DNA of 64,000 bases, from contig CAWDOD010000002.1 in assembly GCA_963803805.1 (NCBI GenBank), positions 1,383,813 to 1,447,812 on the forward strand. Direction: 5' to 3'. This DNA is from an uncultured cyanobacterium. GTDB lineage: Bacteria; Cyanobacteriota; Cyanobacteriia; Cyanobacteriales; CAWCAG01. Under the pieces are notes generated by a model that worked only from the letters and a program-made list of their open reading frames with translations, was not told the DNA's origin and did no database searches. Within the stretch, counting starts at the first letter, position 1, and each line of letters opens with the position of its first letter. Of the stretch, positions 43,489-54,464 are shown piece after piece. The translations under genes and the position numbers were made by a program.

Positions 43489-43765
43489 GGAAATTATCTT
43501 AAATATTAAGCTGCCTGTACTTTTAAGGTTGCTTTCTGACCAGAGGTGATAGGCATGGAAGAAAAATATAATCAATGATTGAGTGAGAAATGTATTAAAA
43601 GATACTGTCAGAGGTTGTGACTGGTTGAGATAATCCTAGCTGGAAAGTAAAAACTGAATTTTCCAATCCTGACAATGCCGGACGCGAGAAAAGTCAATAC
43701 AGGTAAGTGTCATCAAAACACGATTAGCAACTAGCAACTAGCAATTAGCGATTAGCAAATAACAA

Positions 43766-44407
43766 TTACTTAGCTTTAATTGAATAACCACAACGATGTT
43801 CCCCTTCATTAATCCAATGAGTTCTTTCTACAAGACAATCAGGTAAAATGGCACTAAACATTTCTAATTCATGACCACAAACTGTAGGGTAAGATTCAGC
43901 AACATCTGCGATCGCACAGTTATGTTCTACTAAGACAAACTTTTCTTCTTCAGGAAGTTTATGTAATTCTGCCATATAACCTTCTTCTTTGCGGAGTTGC
44001 ACTAGGTTATTAAGACGCTGGGGTAAGGAACCTTTGCCTAAATACTTGCGATAATTACTAGCTTTAACTTCCCACTGTTTACGTAAAACTTCACTAACTT
44101 GTTCTTCTCCTACAGTTTCTACTAAAGTATTGAGAAAAGAAACAGCAAATTCGCCGTGGCGGTTGGGAAAGCGATTTCGCCCTTGGCGACTTAGTTTGTA
44201 TAAATGTTGTGGCCTACCCATGCCCGTTTGGGTAGTATGATGTTCTACTAGTTCCGATAACTCTAATTCTTTCAGGTGACGACGAGTAGCTTGGGGACTA
44301 ATTTCTAAAGCTTGTGCCAACTGCTGGGCGCTTGCTTGACCTTGCTTCAGTAAATGATTCAGAATGTCTTGTTTGGTGGAAGAAGTCTCAGTGGTAGTGG
44401 TCATCAT
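43766..44407 (-). CDS. sufR: Fe-S cluster biogenesis transcriptional regulator SufR
   Basis: HTH with GMGRPQ, EHNCAI...PTVCGHE...EHRC cysteines; divergent from sufB; likely start ATG 44407. Confidence 0.95.
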   Translation of the reverse strand: MMTTTTETSSTKQDILNHLLKQGQASAQQLAQALEISPQATRRHLKELELSELVEHHTTQTGMGRPQHLYKLSRQGRNRFPNRHGEFAVSFLNTLVETVGEEQVSEVLRKQWEVKASNYRKYLGKGSLPQRLNNLVQLRKEEGYMAELHKLPEEEKFVLVEHNCAIADVAESYPTVCGHELEMFSAILPDCLVERTHWINEGEHRCGYSIKAK

Positions 44408-44460
44408 CTGTGCAGTTGTATCTGTGTTACGAGGCAAGGAAAAATTTTCTTTTGCTTTGA

Positions 44461-44514
44461 CAACACATTTGTTGTTAATGTAACCTAAAATAGACTTAAA
44501 CAACAAATTTATTG
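44461..44514. promoter_or_regulatory. Two SufR operators: CAAC-N6-GTTG (44461-44474) and CAAC-N6-ATTG (44501-44514)
   Basis: Match to the known cyanobacterial SufR inverted repeat, 26 bp apart, in the sufR-sufB intergenic region. Confidence 0.85.
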
Positions 44515-44625
44515 TTTAACTATTAAAAAGCTTTTAGAGTTACAGGGTATCGCTGTAGTGAATGCCCTTACCACTAAGGTGCTGATTCAAAATCGAGAAC
44601 ACAAGAGAGAACACTTAAAATCAAC

Positions 44626-46065
44626 ATGAGTGCCACAGTTAAAACCCTAGTCAATCAACCTTACAAATACGGTTTCATCACCGATATCGAGGCAGATACT
44701 ATTCCTCGCGGTTTAAGCGAAGACGTGATTCGCCTCATTTCTGCTAAGAAGAATGAACCGGAATTTATGCTAGAGTTTCGCCTCAAAGCATATCGTCAAT
44801 GGCAGAAGATGACGGAACCAACTTGGCCTCATGTTAGTTATCCTGCCATAGATTATCAGAATATTATCTACTATTCTGCTCCTAAGCAAAAGAAGGAGAA
44901 GCTGAATAGTCTTGATGATGTCGATCCCACTTTGTTGGAAACCTTTGAGAAGTTAGGTATTCCTTTATCTGAACAAAAACGTTTGGGTAATGTGGCAGTG
45001 GATGCAATTTTTGATAGTGTTTCTGTCGCTACTACTTTTAAGGAAAAATTAGCCGAAGATGGGGTAATCTTCTGTTCTATTTCCGAAGCTTTGCAGGAAC
45101 ATCCAGAGTTGGTTAAAAAGTATCTGGGTAGTGTTGTGCCTGTGGGTGATAACTTTTTTGCGGCACTTAATTCTGCTGTGTTTACCGATGGTTCCTTTGT
45201 ATTCATCCCTAAAGGGGTAAAATGCCCTATGGAACTCTCCACCTATTTCCGTATCAATGCTGGGGATACAGGACAGTTTGAAAGGACTTTAATTGTGGCA
45301 GAGGAAGGTGCTTCTGTTAGTTATTTGGAAGGTTGCACTGCACCGATGTATGATAGCAATCAACTCCATGCGGCGGTGGTTGAATTGGTAGCTTTGGATA
45401 ATGCTGATATTAAATATTCCACAGTCCAAAACTGGTTTGCTGGGGATGAAAATGGTAAAGGTGGTATTTATAACTTTGTTACTAAGCGTGGCTTATGTAA
45501 GGGGGTTAATTCTAAGATTTCATGGACTCAGGTAGAAACGGGTTCGGCGATTACTTGGAAGTATCCTAGTTGTGTTTTAATCGGGGATAATTCCGTAGGT
45601 GAGTTTTACTCTATTGCTTTAACTAACAATTTACAACAAGCCGATACTGGAACCAAAATGGTACATATTGGTAAGAATACCCGCAGTACGATTATTTCTA
45701 AAGGTATTTCTGCTGGTAAGTCCAAAAATAGCTATCGCGGCTTGGTGAAAATGGGGCCAAAGGCGAAAGGGGCAAGGAATTATTCTCAATGTGATTCGAT
45801 GTTAATTGGGGACAATGCCGAAGCGAATACCTTCCCTTATATTCAAGTAGATAACCAAGAAGCCAAGATTGAACACGAAGCTTCTACAGCCAAAATTGGG
45901 GAAGAACAACTCTTTTTCTTGGCACAACGAGGTATTTCTGAAGAAGATGCCATCACCATGATTGTGGGCGGTTTCTGTAGGGATGTGCTTAATAAGTTGC
46001 CGATGGAATTTGCTTCAGAAGCTGATAAACTATTGAGTTTGAAGTTAGAAGGAACTGTAGGTTAA
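44626..46065 (+). CDS. sufB: Fe-S cluster assembly protein SufB
   Basis: [38 protein letters not shown]. Confidence 0.97.
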   Translation: MSATVKTLVNQPYKYGFITDIEADTIPRGLSEDVIRLISAKKNEPEFMLEFRLKAYRQWQKMTEPTWPHVSYPAIDYQNIIYYSAPKQKKEKLNSLDDVDPTLLETFEKLGIPLSEQKRLGNVAVDAIFDSVSVATTFKEKLAEDGVIFCSISEALQEHPELVKKYLGSVVPVGDNFFAALNSAVFTDGSFVFIPKGVKCPMELSTYFRINAGDTGQFERTLIVAEEGASVSYLEGCTAPMYDSNQLHAAVVELVALDNADIKYSTVQNWFAGDENGKGGIYNFVTKRGLCKGVNSKISWTQVETGSAITWKYPSCVLIGDNSVGEFYSIALTNNLQQADTGTKMVHIGKNTRSTIISKGISAGKSKNSYRGLVKMGPKAKGARNYSQCDSMLIGDNAEANTFPYIQVDNQEAKIEHEASTAKIGEEQLFFLAQRGISEEDAITMIVGGFCRDVLNKLPMEFASEADKLLSLKLEGTVG

Positions 46066-46100
46066 GGTTCGCTGTTTGTAAATTGGGGGTGATGAAATAG

Positions 46101-46511
46101 ATGAAAATTGCAGAAGTCAAAAATCAAACTTGGCTATTAATTATCTTAGCTAGCAACATCATTTCTACCCTAATTCATTACAGCGATAACTACATCTTTT
46201 TTAACCGCTACCCTGCCCCCGTTTGGATGCAGCCTTACCAAGTTTATACTACTTGGCTAATATTAACTCCCCTTGCGATCGCAGGTTATTTTCTATACAG
46301 ACAAGATCAATTCTGGTTAGCTTATGGTTGCCTATTGGGATATTCAATAACTAGCGTTAGCAGTATTGGACATTACGTTTTTAGTTCTCCTGGGGAGTTG
46401 ACAGTAAAAATGAACATTTTTATCTGTACTGACTTTTTAGTAGGAATAGCCTTAATTAGTTTTATTTTTTGGTCTTTATTTATACGTCAAGAATGGCGTT
46501 TAGTAACCTAG
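46101..46511 (+). CDS. Hypothetical 4-TM membrane protein inside the suf operon
   Basis: Intact hydrophobic ORF containing IHYSDN..YP.P and GHY motifs. Confidence 0.7.
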   Translation: MKIAEVKNQTWLLIILASNIISTLIHYSDNYIFFNRYPAPVWMQPYQVYTTWLILTPLAIAGYFLYRQDQFWLAYGCLLGYSITSVSSIGHYVFSSPGELTVKMNIFICTDFLVGIALISFIFWSLFIRQEWRLVT

Positions 46512-46525
46512 CCAAAATATATAAA

Positions 46526-46594
46526 TGTTGGGTTACGGCAACTTTTATACCCCCTTTTTGTTCCTAAATATTTTCTATGCCTAACCCAACCTAC
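46526..46594 (-). repeat. GTAG-type REP-like palindromic element
   Basis: TGTTGGGTTACGGC ... GCCTAACCCAACCTAC inverted arms; reads GTAGGTTGGGTTAGGC on the minus strand. Confidence 0.65.
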
Positions 46595-46611
46595 TATTGC
46601 CTTAAACAATT

Positions 46612-47388
46612 ATGAAAAATAGCCAAACAATTTTATCTGTTAAAAATCTGACTGCTAATGTTGATGGCACACCTATTCTTAAGGGTGTGAATCTAGAAGT
46701 TAAAGCCGGAGAAGTTCACGCTATTATGGGGCGGAATGGTTCTGGCAAAAGTACTTTTTCTAAAGTATTAGCAGGACACCCAGACTATGAAGTAACTGGA
46801 GGAGAAATTATTTACCAAGGTGAAAATATCTTGGAAATGGCAGCTAATGAAAGGGCTTTGCGGGGTATCTTTCTGGCTTTTCAATATCCGGTAGAAATTC
46901 CTGGAGTAAGTAATTTAGAATTTCTGCGAGTTGCTTATAATTCTCGTTGTAAGCATTTAGGTTTAGAGGAATTAGACACCTTTGATTTTGAAGACTTGGT
47001 AGAAGAAAAGTTAGATATTGTCAAGATGAATCCTAGCTTTTTAGAAAGAAGTTTAAATGAAGGTTTTTCTGGAGGGGAAAAGAAACGCAATGAAATTTTG
47101 CAAATGGCATTGTTGGAACCAACTTTAGCCATTTTAGATGAAACTGATTCGGGTTTAGATATTGATGCTTTAAAAACGGTGGCGAATGGAGTTAATCAGT
47201 TAACCAATGCCGAGAATGCAGTTATTGCGATTACCCATTACCAACGTTTACTTAATTATATTGAACCTAATTTCGTTCATGTTATGCAAGAGGGGCGTAT
47301 TGTTACTAGTGGTGGTAAAGAGTTAGCTTTAAAATTAGAATCTCGCGGTTATGACTGGGTGGATGAAGAATTAGTAAGTAATAAGTAA
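46612..47388 (+). CDS. sufC: Fe-S cluster assembly ATPase SufC
   Basis: [31 protein letters not shown]. Confidence 0.97.
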   Translation: MKNSQTILSVKNLTANVDGTPILKGVNLEVKAGEVHAIMGRNGSGKSTFSKVLAGHPDYEVTGGEIIYQGENILEMAANERALRGIFLAFQYPVEIPGVSNLEFLRVAYNSRCKHLGLEELDTFDFEDLVEEKLDIVKMNPSFLERSLNEGFSGGEKKRNEILQMALLEPTLAILDETDSGLDIDALKTVANGVNQLTNAENAVIAITHYQRLLNYIEPNFVHVMQEGRIVTSGGKELALKLESRGYDWVDEELVSNK

Positions 47389-47390
47389 TG

Positions 47391-47432
47391 GGTAATAGGT
47401 AATAGGTAATAGGTAATAGGTAATAGGTAATA
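47391..47432 (+). repeat. (GGTAATA)6 heptamer STRR
   Basis: Six perfect copies between sufC and sufD. Confidence 0.95.
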
Positions 47433-47438
47433 AAGATT

Positions 47439-48776
47439 ATGACGACTCAAGTTTCTTCTTCTTCTTCTTCTTCCACAACCATAACCAGGGATGAGTATCT
47501 ACAGGGTTTGTTGAGTCAATGCCCTGGATATTCTCCTGATATAGATTTAATTAAAGTAGTGCAGAAACCGGCAGCTACTTGGTTATCGCGATTGAGAATG
47601 CCTAACCGCAAAGATGAAGCTTGGCGGTTTACTGATTTGTCTGAATTGCTTGCTACTAGTTTTGTTGCAGCCCCCAATATTATTCCTGATAGTATTGAAC
47701 AGTTCGTTATACCAGAAGCAGCAAGCAGCCGGGTAACTTTTGTTAATGGTGTTTATTCTGCTGAATTATCTAACTTGGATAGCTTGCCGGAGGGCTTATT
47801 TATCGGTAATTTGGCACAATTACCAGCCGAGTATCAAACGCAACTAAGTCAATATTTAACCCAGCAAAAAGGGGCAGAGGAAGTTTTTACCTCCCTCAAT
47901 ACTGCTGGGTTTGCTGATGTGGCAGTGGTTTGGGCAGATGCAAATACCGTTGTTGAAACCCCGCTACATTTACTTTTCCTTAGCATTGCTGGTGAATCCC
48001 CTAGCTTTTCTCAGCCACGACTATTAGTAGTAGCGGAAAGAAATTCTAGCTTAAAAATAATAGAACAATATGCCACAAACCAAAACACAACCTACTTTAC
48101 CAACTCAGTAGCAGAAATTTATTTAGCCGAAAACGCCGCCGTTGAACATATCCGCACTCAACAAGAAGCAACTAATAGCTTTCATATTGGCAAAACTGCG
48201 ATCGCCCAAGCTAGGGATAGCCGCTACACCTGCCATAGTCTTAGTTTGGGTAGCCAACTCTCTCGCCATAACCTAGAAGTTCACCAAACCGGAGAACAGA
48301 TTACCACTAACCTCAACGGTTTAACTGTAGTCAACGGCGAACAACTTGCGGATTTGCATAGCCTCATTGCCCTCAGCAAACCTTATGCTACCACAGATCA
48401 ACTACAAAAATGCCTAGTTGCTGGTAAAGCCCGTTCTGTATTTGATGGTCAAGTTTTAGTCCCTAAAGCAGCACAACTAACCAATGCCAGCCAGCTTAAC
48501 CGCAATCTCTTACTATCCCCCCAGGCACACGTAGACACCAAACCCCAACTACAAATCACCGCCGACAACGTAAAATGTTCCCACGGCGCAACGGTAAGCC
48601 AACTAGACGCAGAGGAACTATTCTACCTAAGCAGTCGCGGCTTAAACGAAGAATCTGCCCGCAGCCTACTAATTGAAGCTTTCACCGCAGAAATAATCCA
48701 ACGCATCCCCATCAAATCAGTACAAAAACAGCTTACTGCAAATATCAAAAAAGCCATAAAAAGCAACAGTCAATAA
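47439..48776 (+). CDS. sufD: Fe-S cluster assembly protein SufD
   Basis: EAWRFTDL, KPQLQITADNVKCSHGATV, LFYLSSRG. Confidence 0.95.
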   Translation: MTTQVSSSSSSSTTITRDEYLQGLLSQCPGYSPDIDLIKVVQKPAATWLSRLRMPNRKDEAWRFTDLSELLATSFVAAPNIIPDSIEQFVIPEAASSRVTFVNGVYSAELSNLDSLPEGLFIGNLAQLPAEYQTQLSQYLTQQKGAEEVFTSLNTAGFADVAVVWADANTVVETPLHLLFLSIAGESPSFSQPRLLVVAERNSSLKIIEQYATNQNTTYFTNSVAEIYLAENAAVEHIRTQQEATNSFHIGKTAIAQARDSRYTCHSLSLGSQLSRHNLEVHQTGEQITTNLNGLTVVNGEQLADLHSLIALSKPYATTDQLQKCLVAGKARSVFDGQVLVPKAAQLTNASQLNRNLLLSPQAHVDTKPQLQITADNVKCSHGATVSQLDAEELFYLSSRGLNEESARSLLIEAFTAEIIQRIPIKSVQKQLTANIKKAIKSNSQ

Positions 48777-48791
48777 GCAATAGTAAATTCT

Positions 48792-48826
48792 TTACTTATT
48801 ACTTATTACTTATTACTTATTACTTA
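48792..48826 (+). repeat. (TTACTTA)5 heptamer STRR
   Basis: Five perfect copies between sufD and sufS. Confidence 0.95.
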
Positions 48827-48831
48827 AAAAG

Positions 48832-50094
48832 ATGCCTCTCACCCAAGAAAAAACCCTCGCTGCTAAAGTCCGCCAAGATTTCCCCATTTTGCATCAGGAA
48901 GTCCACGGCAAGCCGTTAATTTATTTTGACAATGCCGCCACCTCCCAGAAACCCAAGGTGGTTCTAGAGGCATTGAACCACTACTATGAGTATGATAATG
49001 CTAATGTGCATCGTGGCGCTCATAGTTTAAGTGCCAGGGCAACAGAAGCTTATGAAGCGACGAGGGATAAGGTTGCTGGGTTTATTAATGCGGCTTCCCG
49101 TAACGAAATTGTTTTTACACGCAATGCTACAGAAGCAATTAACCTAGTTGCTTACAGTTGGGGGTTAAATAATTTAAAACCAGGGGATGAAATTATTACC
49201 TCAGTCATGGAACATCATAGTAACTTTGTTCCTTGGCAAATTATCGCCCAAAAAACTGGGGCGGTTATTAAACACGTTGGTTTAACGGCAACCGAAGAAT
49301 TTGATTGGCAAGAATATGAGAATTTGTTATCTGAACGTACCAAATTAGTTGCGGTAGTTCATATCTCCAACACATTAGGTTGTATCAACCCCGTAGAAAA
49401 AATTGTTAATTTAGCCCATAAAAATGGGGCAAAAGTATTAATTGATGCTTGCCAAAGTATTCCCCATTTACCTATCAATGTCCAAGAATTAAACTGCGAT
49501 TGGTTAGTAGCATCAGGACATAAAATGTGCGCCCCCACAGGTATTGGCTTCCTCTACGGCAAGCTGGATTTACTAAAAGAAATGCCCCCCTTCTTTGGTG
49601 GTGGAGAAATGATTTCCGAAGTCTACCTAGATCATTTCACCACAGCAGAATTACCCCACAAATTTGAAGCCGGAACCCCAGCTATTGCTGAGACGATCGC
49701 CTTGGGTGCTGCCGTAGATTATTTAACCAATCTTGGTATGGAGAATATTAATGGTTATGAGGAAGAATTAACAGCTTATTTATTCTCCAAATTAGAGCAA
49801 ATTTCCAACTTAAGAATTTACGGACCAAAACCTACTCAAGATGGCAAAGCCAGGGCTGCTTTAGCTGCTTTTAATGTAGAAGGACTCCATGCTAATGATC
49901 TTGCTACTTTGATAGATCACGAAGGTGTAGCCATACGTTCAGGACACCATTGTACTCAACCTTTGCATCGTATTTTAAATGTTTCTGGCAGTGCTAGAGC
50001 AAGTTTATATTTTTATAATACCTTTGCAGAAATAGATAGTTTTGTAATTGCTTTGCAAGAAACCATTGATTTTTTCAACCAAGCAATGACTTAG
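48832..50094 (+). CDS. sufS: Cysteine desulfurase SufS
   Basis: [14 protein letters not shown] (PLP lysine), RSGHHCTQP. Confidence 0.97.
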   Translation: MPLTQEKTLAAKVRQDFPILHQEVHGKPLIYFDNAATSQKPKVVLEALNHYYEYDNANVHRGAHSLSARATEAYEATRDKVAGFINAASRNEIVFTRNATEAINLVAYSWGLNNLKPGDEIITSVMEHHSNFVPWQIIAQKTGAVIKHVGLTATEEFDWQEYENLLSERTKLVAVVHISNTLGCINPVEKIVNLAHKNGAKVLIDACQSIPHLPINVQELNCDWLVASGHKMCAPTGIGFLYGKLDLLKEMPPFFGGGEMISEVYLDHFTTAELPHKFEAGTPAIAETIALGAAVDYLTNLGMENINGYEEELTAYLFSKLEQISNLRIYGPKPTQDGKARAALAAFNVEGLHANDLATLIDHEGVAIRSGHHCTQPLHRILNVSGSARASLYFYNTFAEIDSFVIALQETIDFFNQAMT

Positions 50095-50165
50095 AAATAG
50101 GTAATTTGAGATACCTAGGAAATGTCCATTATAATCGGATTTGGTATGATAAACTAAAAATAATT

Positions 50166-52556
50166 TTACTCTCGTCTCACTCCTTGAACCACTGGATTAA
50201 TTGTATCTGCATCAAAGGGATCAGGGGAACCAGTCCAGTTAAAATCACTTATCCTGAAGCTAAGGGAACCAAACTCTTGAACAGGGTTATATTGCAATAA
50301 AATATTGTAAGTACGACGGCTATATTCTAAGGAATAAGTGGTATTAATTTCTTGACTTGTATCAAGGTTGTATGAAGTTTGGAAACCAAAACGGAAAGGG
50401 CCGTAGAGTTGTTGAGTAATGCCGAAAGAAACGGTTTGGGTGTCAACAAAACGGTCAAATAGGAAAGGAGACTGATCTCCCACAATCGCACCACTGAAGG
50501 TCAGATTAAAGGCAGTGTAGTCGAGGAACTTTTTGGAGAAATGCCCAAATTGTCCTTGTAAACCAATACTACCTCTGATAGATTGTTGAGTATCTCCGCT
50601 ACTATAAAGACTACTCACCCCAGTGATGCCAGTGTATAAAGCTAGGTAAGGTTGAATAGGAACTGGGCTGTAGCGCAAGCCTTCGGTGGGGGTAGGAGGT
50701 AGGGTATCTCCTCGCCATAAGGAAAAGCCTTTACCTAAAGAAGCTGCTGCTTGGTAGCGAGTAAGGTTAATACGATTATTGTCCCTAATGGGGGCAAGTA
50801 AATTCAGACGATCGGTATCAGCAGTGATATTTTGAATTGCCCCTTGATAGGTGAGGGTAACTCCTGTATTGCCGATAGGAATTACAGGAGAGGTAATCAC
50901 AGCCCCCAAGGTACTACGAACATCTTGGAAGCCTAGAGAACCATTGAAGAGGCGATCGCGGTAACTATATTCCAAACCTAAAGTATGGTGAGGAAGGTTA
51001 GTACGACCGATAATTTGCTGTCCCCTCACACTGGCACGGGTTTCTTCATCAATTTCATCAAAGTCAAAGCTAGTAACAGCGACAGAAGCCTTTAAAGTAG
51101 TGCGGGGACTGAAGATGACATCAAGGTTAGATTTAACCCCGAAAGCTGAAGGATCACCAGGATTTTCGTCAAAAACTGCTCTTTGCAGGAAATACTGGGG
51201 GGTAACAGTCCAGAGTACTTGAGGGCTGTTAATAATATCAAAGCTACGTTCAAGAAATAAACCTCCCCTTTCATTGCCATCAAAACCAACATTCAATAAA
51301 GTTGGTTGGCGAGGGCGGCGATCTAGCAAGAAGCGGTTGCGGAAAAGAGGAAGGGAGAAACCTTGATCAAAAACGATGCGGGAGTTACTAGTAACTACTT
51401 CATCTAGTAATGGCCCTAGCTTTCTTGATTTAGCTGTGTCGGCCTGAATTTCTAACTCTGGGGGAGAAAAAGGGTCGTTAGTGATGCGAATATTAGTAGC
51501 ATCCCAACCTTCAGGGTAAAAATCAACTCTGTCTGCTTGGAAACGCAAACGGTTGATAGTTCCTCCTGTTCCAGAAGTAGCCCTAGATGTCCCAACTTCG
51601 GGACTCCCGCCCACTACAAAACGATAACCTTCATCGGTGGAAATGCGTTGTAAAGGTTGGCCGGCGGTGACGCGATCGCTTAAGGGACGGTCTGGTATAG
51701 TTGCAGTGAGGGGATCATTAGCTAAAGTGGGGTTAAAATCTCTGCCTGTGGTCGGTTGATAAATTTCGCCGCTAGCGTTTAAAACAATACCACTATCTTG
51801 AACAAAGTAGTACTCAAACCGTGAACCCCTAATGGTTTGCTCTCCTCTTCTCAGGGCAACATTACCTTCTGCAACAGTTATTTGATTATCTAAATTCACC
51901 TGTACCCGATCTGCGGTTAATACAGCCCGAGAAAAGCGTATTTCTACATTACCTTCGGCAGTAACAACATTTCTGGCCTCATCATATTCCTGGCGATCTG
52001 AGGTGATTTCAACTACATCTGCCGGTTCAATAGGAATGGTAGTAGGTGTGGTGGGTGTAGTTGTTTCTTCTTCCTCTACAGGAGTTGTTGGTTCTTCATC
52101 CACAGGAATAGTTAATTCAAATTCCCGACTCTCCCCGTTTCGTTCTTGGGTTAATAAAATAGTCCGTTCTGCATTTCCAGTCAAGCCAGAAATTACCGTA
52201 GAAGTTGGTACAGATTCATTTATTTTTGTAGTGGCTTTGTTGTTTGAACTTTTATTACTTTGAGAAATATTACGCTCGGCTGAAGCTAAGTAACCGATAG
52301 TAATCGGGCCACCCAAATAAGCAGCAGTTCTTTTAATGAGGGGAGAAAAATCTTGAGAATATAGTTCACGGCTGGGGCGAGGGGTATTAGCCTTAGCAAA
52401 GAAAAATTCGGGGGCAAACCCCTCTGGTGTAGCTAAGGATAATTTTTGAGCATTAGTTTGATGTCGGGCGATCGCCTCAACAGTTTGAATCGGAATTTCT
52501 GCTGATATCGTTTGAGTAAGAACCGGTGGTTCTGGTGGCGGAACGGGTATGGGCAT
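50166..52556 (-). CDS. DUF3769 / LptD(OstA)-like outer-membrane protein
   Basis: OstA-like region (VVTAEGNVEIRF...ADRV), TNDPFSPPEL, C-terminal beta-rich region ending FRISDFNW. Confidence 0.8.
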   Translation of the reverse strand: MPIPVPPPEPPVLTQTISAEIPIQTVEAIARHQTNAQKLSLATPEGFAPEFFFAKANTPRPSRELYSQDFSPLIKRTAAYLGGPITIGYLASAERNISQSNKSSNNKATTKINESVPTSTVISGLTGNAERTILLTQERNGESREFELTIPVDEEPTTPVEEEETTTPTTPTTIPIEPADVVEITSDRQEYDEARNVVTAEGNVEIRFSRAVLTADRVQVNLDNQITVAEGNVALRRGEQTIRGSRFEYYFVQDSGIVLNASGEIYQPTTGRDFNPTLANDPLTATIPDRPLSDRVTAGQPLQRISTDEGYRFVVGGSPEVGTSRATSGTGGTINRLRFQADRVDFYPEGWDATNIRITNDPFSPPELEIQADTAKSRKLGPLLDEVVTSNSRIVFDQGFSLPLFRNRFLLDRRPRQPTLLNVGFDGNERGGLFLERSFDIINSPQVLWTVTPQYFLQRAVFDENPGDPSAFGVKSNLDVIFSPRTTLKASVAVTSFDFDEIDEETRASVRGQQIIGRTNLPHHTLGLEYSYRDRLFNGSLGFQDVRSTLGAVITSPVIPIGNTGVTLTYQGAIQNITADTDRLNLLAPIRDNNRINLTRYQAAASLGKGFSLWRGDTLPPTPTEGLRYSPVPIQPYLALYTGITGVSSLYSSGDTQQSIRGSIGLQGQFGHFSKKFLDYTAFNLTFSGAIVGDQSPFLFDRFVDTQTVSFGITQQLYGPFRFGFQTSYNLDTSQEINTTYSLEYSRRTYNILLQYNPVQEFGSLSFRISDFNWTGSPDPFDADTINPVVQGVRRE

Positions 52557-52747
52557 ATATAGTTAAACAAGACTTAAATAGCTTGCTCCGGATTAAAACT
52601 GCACAGGGAAAAGCCAAAAACAAAAGTTGTTTCTTATAGTTAAGAAATTAAGCAATCATGAGCCAAAAAACTATTATTCATCATTCACTGCTCTTTTACT
52701 ACCCTGTGCTATGACTCGCCCAAGTCGCCACCAAGTTCCCTTGCCTC

Positions 52748-52864
52748 CTATTCTAAGTCGCGCCGACCTGGATTTCGGGCTGGATCACTAGATAAGAAGC
52801 CAAAGATAAAGAGGCCGACGAAGAAGGCAACAACGATATAAACAACAATTTTGAGGGTTATCAT
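52748..52864 (-). CDS. psbI: Photosystem II reaction centre protein I
   Basis: Not in the ORF track. Manual translation [38 protein letters not shown]. Confidence 0.97.
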   Translation of the reverse strand: MITLKIVVYIVVAFFVGLFIFGFLSSDPARNPGRRDLE

Positions 52865-52959
52865 AAAAAGTCTTTCCTTTTAACTAACAAGCAAGGTTGC
52901 AACTTTCTTATCATACCGAAAAAGTATCCCATTTTTGCGTCATAGTTAACTCAAGAAAT

Positions 52960-53061
52960 CGACCAGAGTTACCAGTGGAGGTGTTAGAAAGTCCTACGGA
53001 ATTATCTGGTGAAGATGTGTTACCGGGTTTCGTTTTAAATTTGCGTCGGAGTTGGCATTAA
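52960..53061 (+). pseudogene. C-terminal fragment of a Uma2-family endonuclease
   Basis: RPELPVEVLESPTELSGEDVLPGFVLNLRRSWH*. Confidence 0.8.
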
Positions 53062-53130
53062 AAAGTCTACTCCTTGCCATATAATTTTGCCAGAGAAAAT
53101 TGTAATTTACTAACGATTCAGAGGTCATCT

Positions 53131-53913
53131 ATGGTTTTTCTTGAGACTTCCAGAAGTACAACAATTGCCGGGGAAAAAGCAACTCCGGTTTCTCAACTAC
53201 CCCAAGTTTGGCAAGATATTGCTGCTGGGAAGGTAGAGGTGGGTTTTCCTAATCCCCAAAGTTATGTAGAATTGGCGCAATTATTCCTTTATAAGTTAGA
53301 AACGGGGGATGTGGATTTATTCGGGGAACGTCCAGAATTAATTCGCTTCCAAACATCTTTTAGTCAACTATTTGGGCAGCTAGGAAGAGAAACCCTAGAA
53401 TTTTATGGTCAAGATTTTCAGGTGCGAAGTTATCCTGATTTTGCTAATATTCTCAAGCTGTTTACTTCTCAAGGGGAAAATTACCTCAATCAAGTTAAGG
53501 TAATCCAGATTTGCCAGGAACTATTTGCTGAGTTTGGTTACGAACTTCCTGCTAGTTTCTACCATGTGTATCTTTCTCCAATTTACCAGGATGATCTCTT
53601 TGAAGAACGGGCTTTGCGTTATGATCCGCGCGATCGCGATTATAAACGTCCTTGGGATGCAGCACTTCACGCCGGGAAAGTGTTTGCTATCCAAATGAAG
53701 CTACAAAGTATTGCTTCTCATTACGGCTTTACTTACCAACATGGTTGCGATTGTAATAAGCATCTATCTAGCATTGACGAAGCGAAAGGAACCTTTGATT
53801 ACGACTTATCTGGGTCAAAGCGCCAACGTTGGGTTCGCAGCTTCATCTGGACAACTTGGTACGAGTATGCTTTCTTCCCTATCACTCCCAACACTAAAGC
53901 TTTGACAGTTTAA
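53131..53913 (+). CDS. Hypothetical protein
   Basis: Intact ORF; likely ATG 53131 after GAGG; contains HGCDCNKH. Confidence 0.75.
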   Translation: MVFLETSRSTTIAGEKATPVSQLPQVWQDIAAGKVEVGFPNPQSYVELAQLFLYKLETGDVDLFGERPELIRFQTSFSQLFGQLGRETLEFYGQDFQVRSYPDFANILKLFTSQGENYLNQVKVIQICQELFAEFGYELPASFYHVYLSPIYQDDLFEERALRYDPRDRDYKRPWDAALHAGKVFAIQMKLQSIASHYGFTYQHGCDCNKHLSSIDEAKGTFDYDLSGSKRQRWVRSFIWTTWYEYAFFPITPNTKALTV

Positions 53914-54057
53914 CATTTTTAAGGAAGGGGAAAGTATCTTGTTTCCTCTCCCTATAACTTTATTAACAAAATCAGTGATAAATTAATACAGGGTGCTGCA
54001 ATTATCCGGATTTAAGGCTTCGGGCTTTGAATCTGAGTAAATAAAAAGGTTACCCTT

Positions 54058-54459
54058 ATGGAGCGAAATGAAATTGATAGTTTGGGTGCTTCCTTACGAC
54101 GGATCAACCAAAAGTTACTTAAGACAAAACTCAGCCAGAAAGAAATCACTAAGATTTGGTATCAAGGCGGGGAACCTTATTTCGATCTATTTGTAGAATT
54201 GCAAGATCAGCAAATTAAATGGCTTCAGTTTACCTTGCGGGGTCGCTCAATGTGGTGGAATGAACAACTACAGAAGTGGGAAACTGGTAGAACTAATGAA
54301 ATGCAAACTGATGAGACTAATTTTTATCCTGCTAGCGCTATAATTACTCCTGATATAGAGCTTAATGTCGCTTTTATTAAGTTAACTCAAGCAATTCTCC
54401 AAACTCGTACTGGGGAAGATATCTTTGACAAGATGTTGGTTTTATTTGAAAATTATTAA
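54058..54459 (+). CDS. Hypothetical protein
   Basis: Intact 133-aa ORF (WYQGGEPYFDL, WLQFTLRG), co-directional with neighbours. Confidence 0.75.
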   Translation: MERNEIDSLGASLRRINQKLLKTKLSQKEITKIWYQGGEPYFDLFVELQDQQIKWLQFTLRGRSMWWNEQLQKWETGRTNEMQTDETNFYPASAIITPDIELNVAFIKLTQAILQTRTGEDIFDKMLVLFENY

Positions 54460-54464
54460 TTATT

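Noticed and set aside
43766..44506. Long N-terminal extension of SufR in the ORF track
   Set aside because: The extension runs through the SufR operators; the ATG at 44407 fits the usual protein start.
47454..47474. (TCT)n tract at the start of sufD
   Set aside because: In-frame poly-Ser in a variable N-terminus; trinucleotide slippage would not switch the frame.
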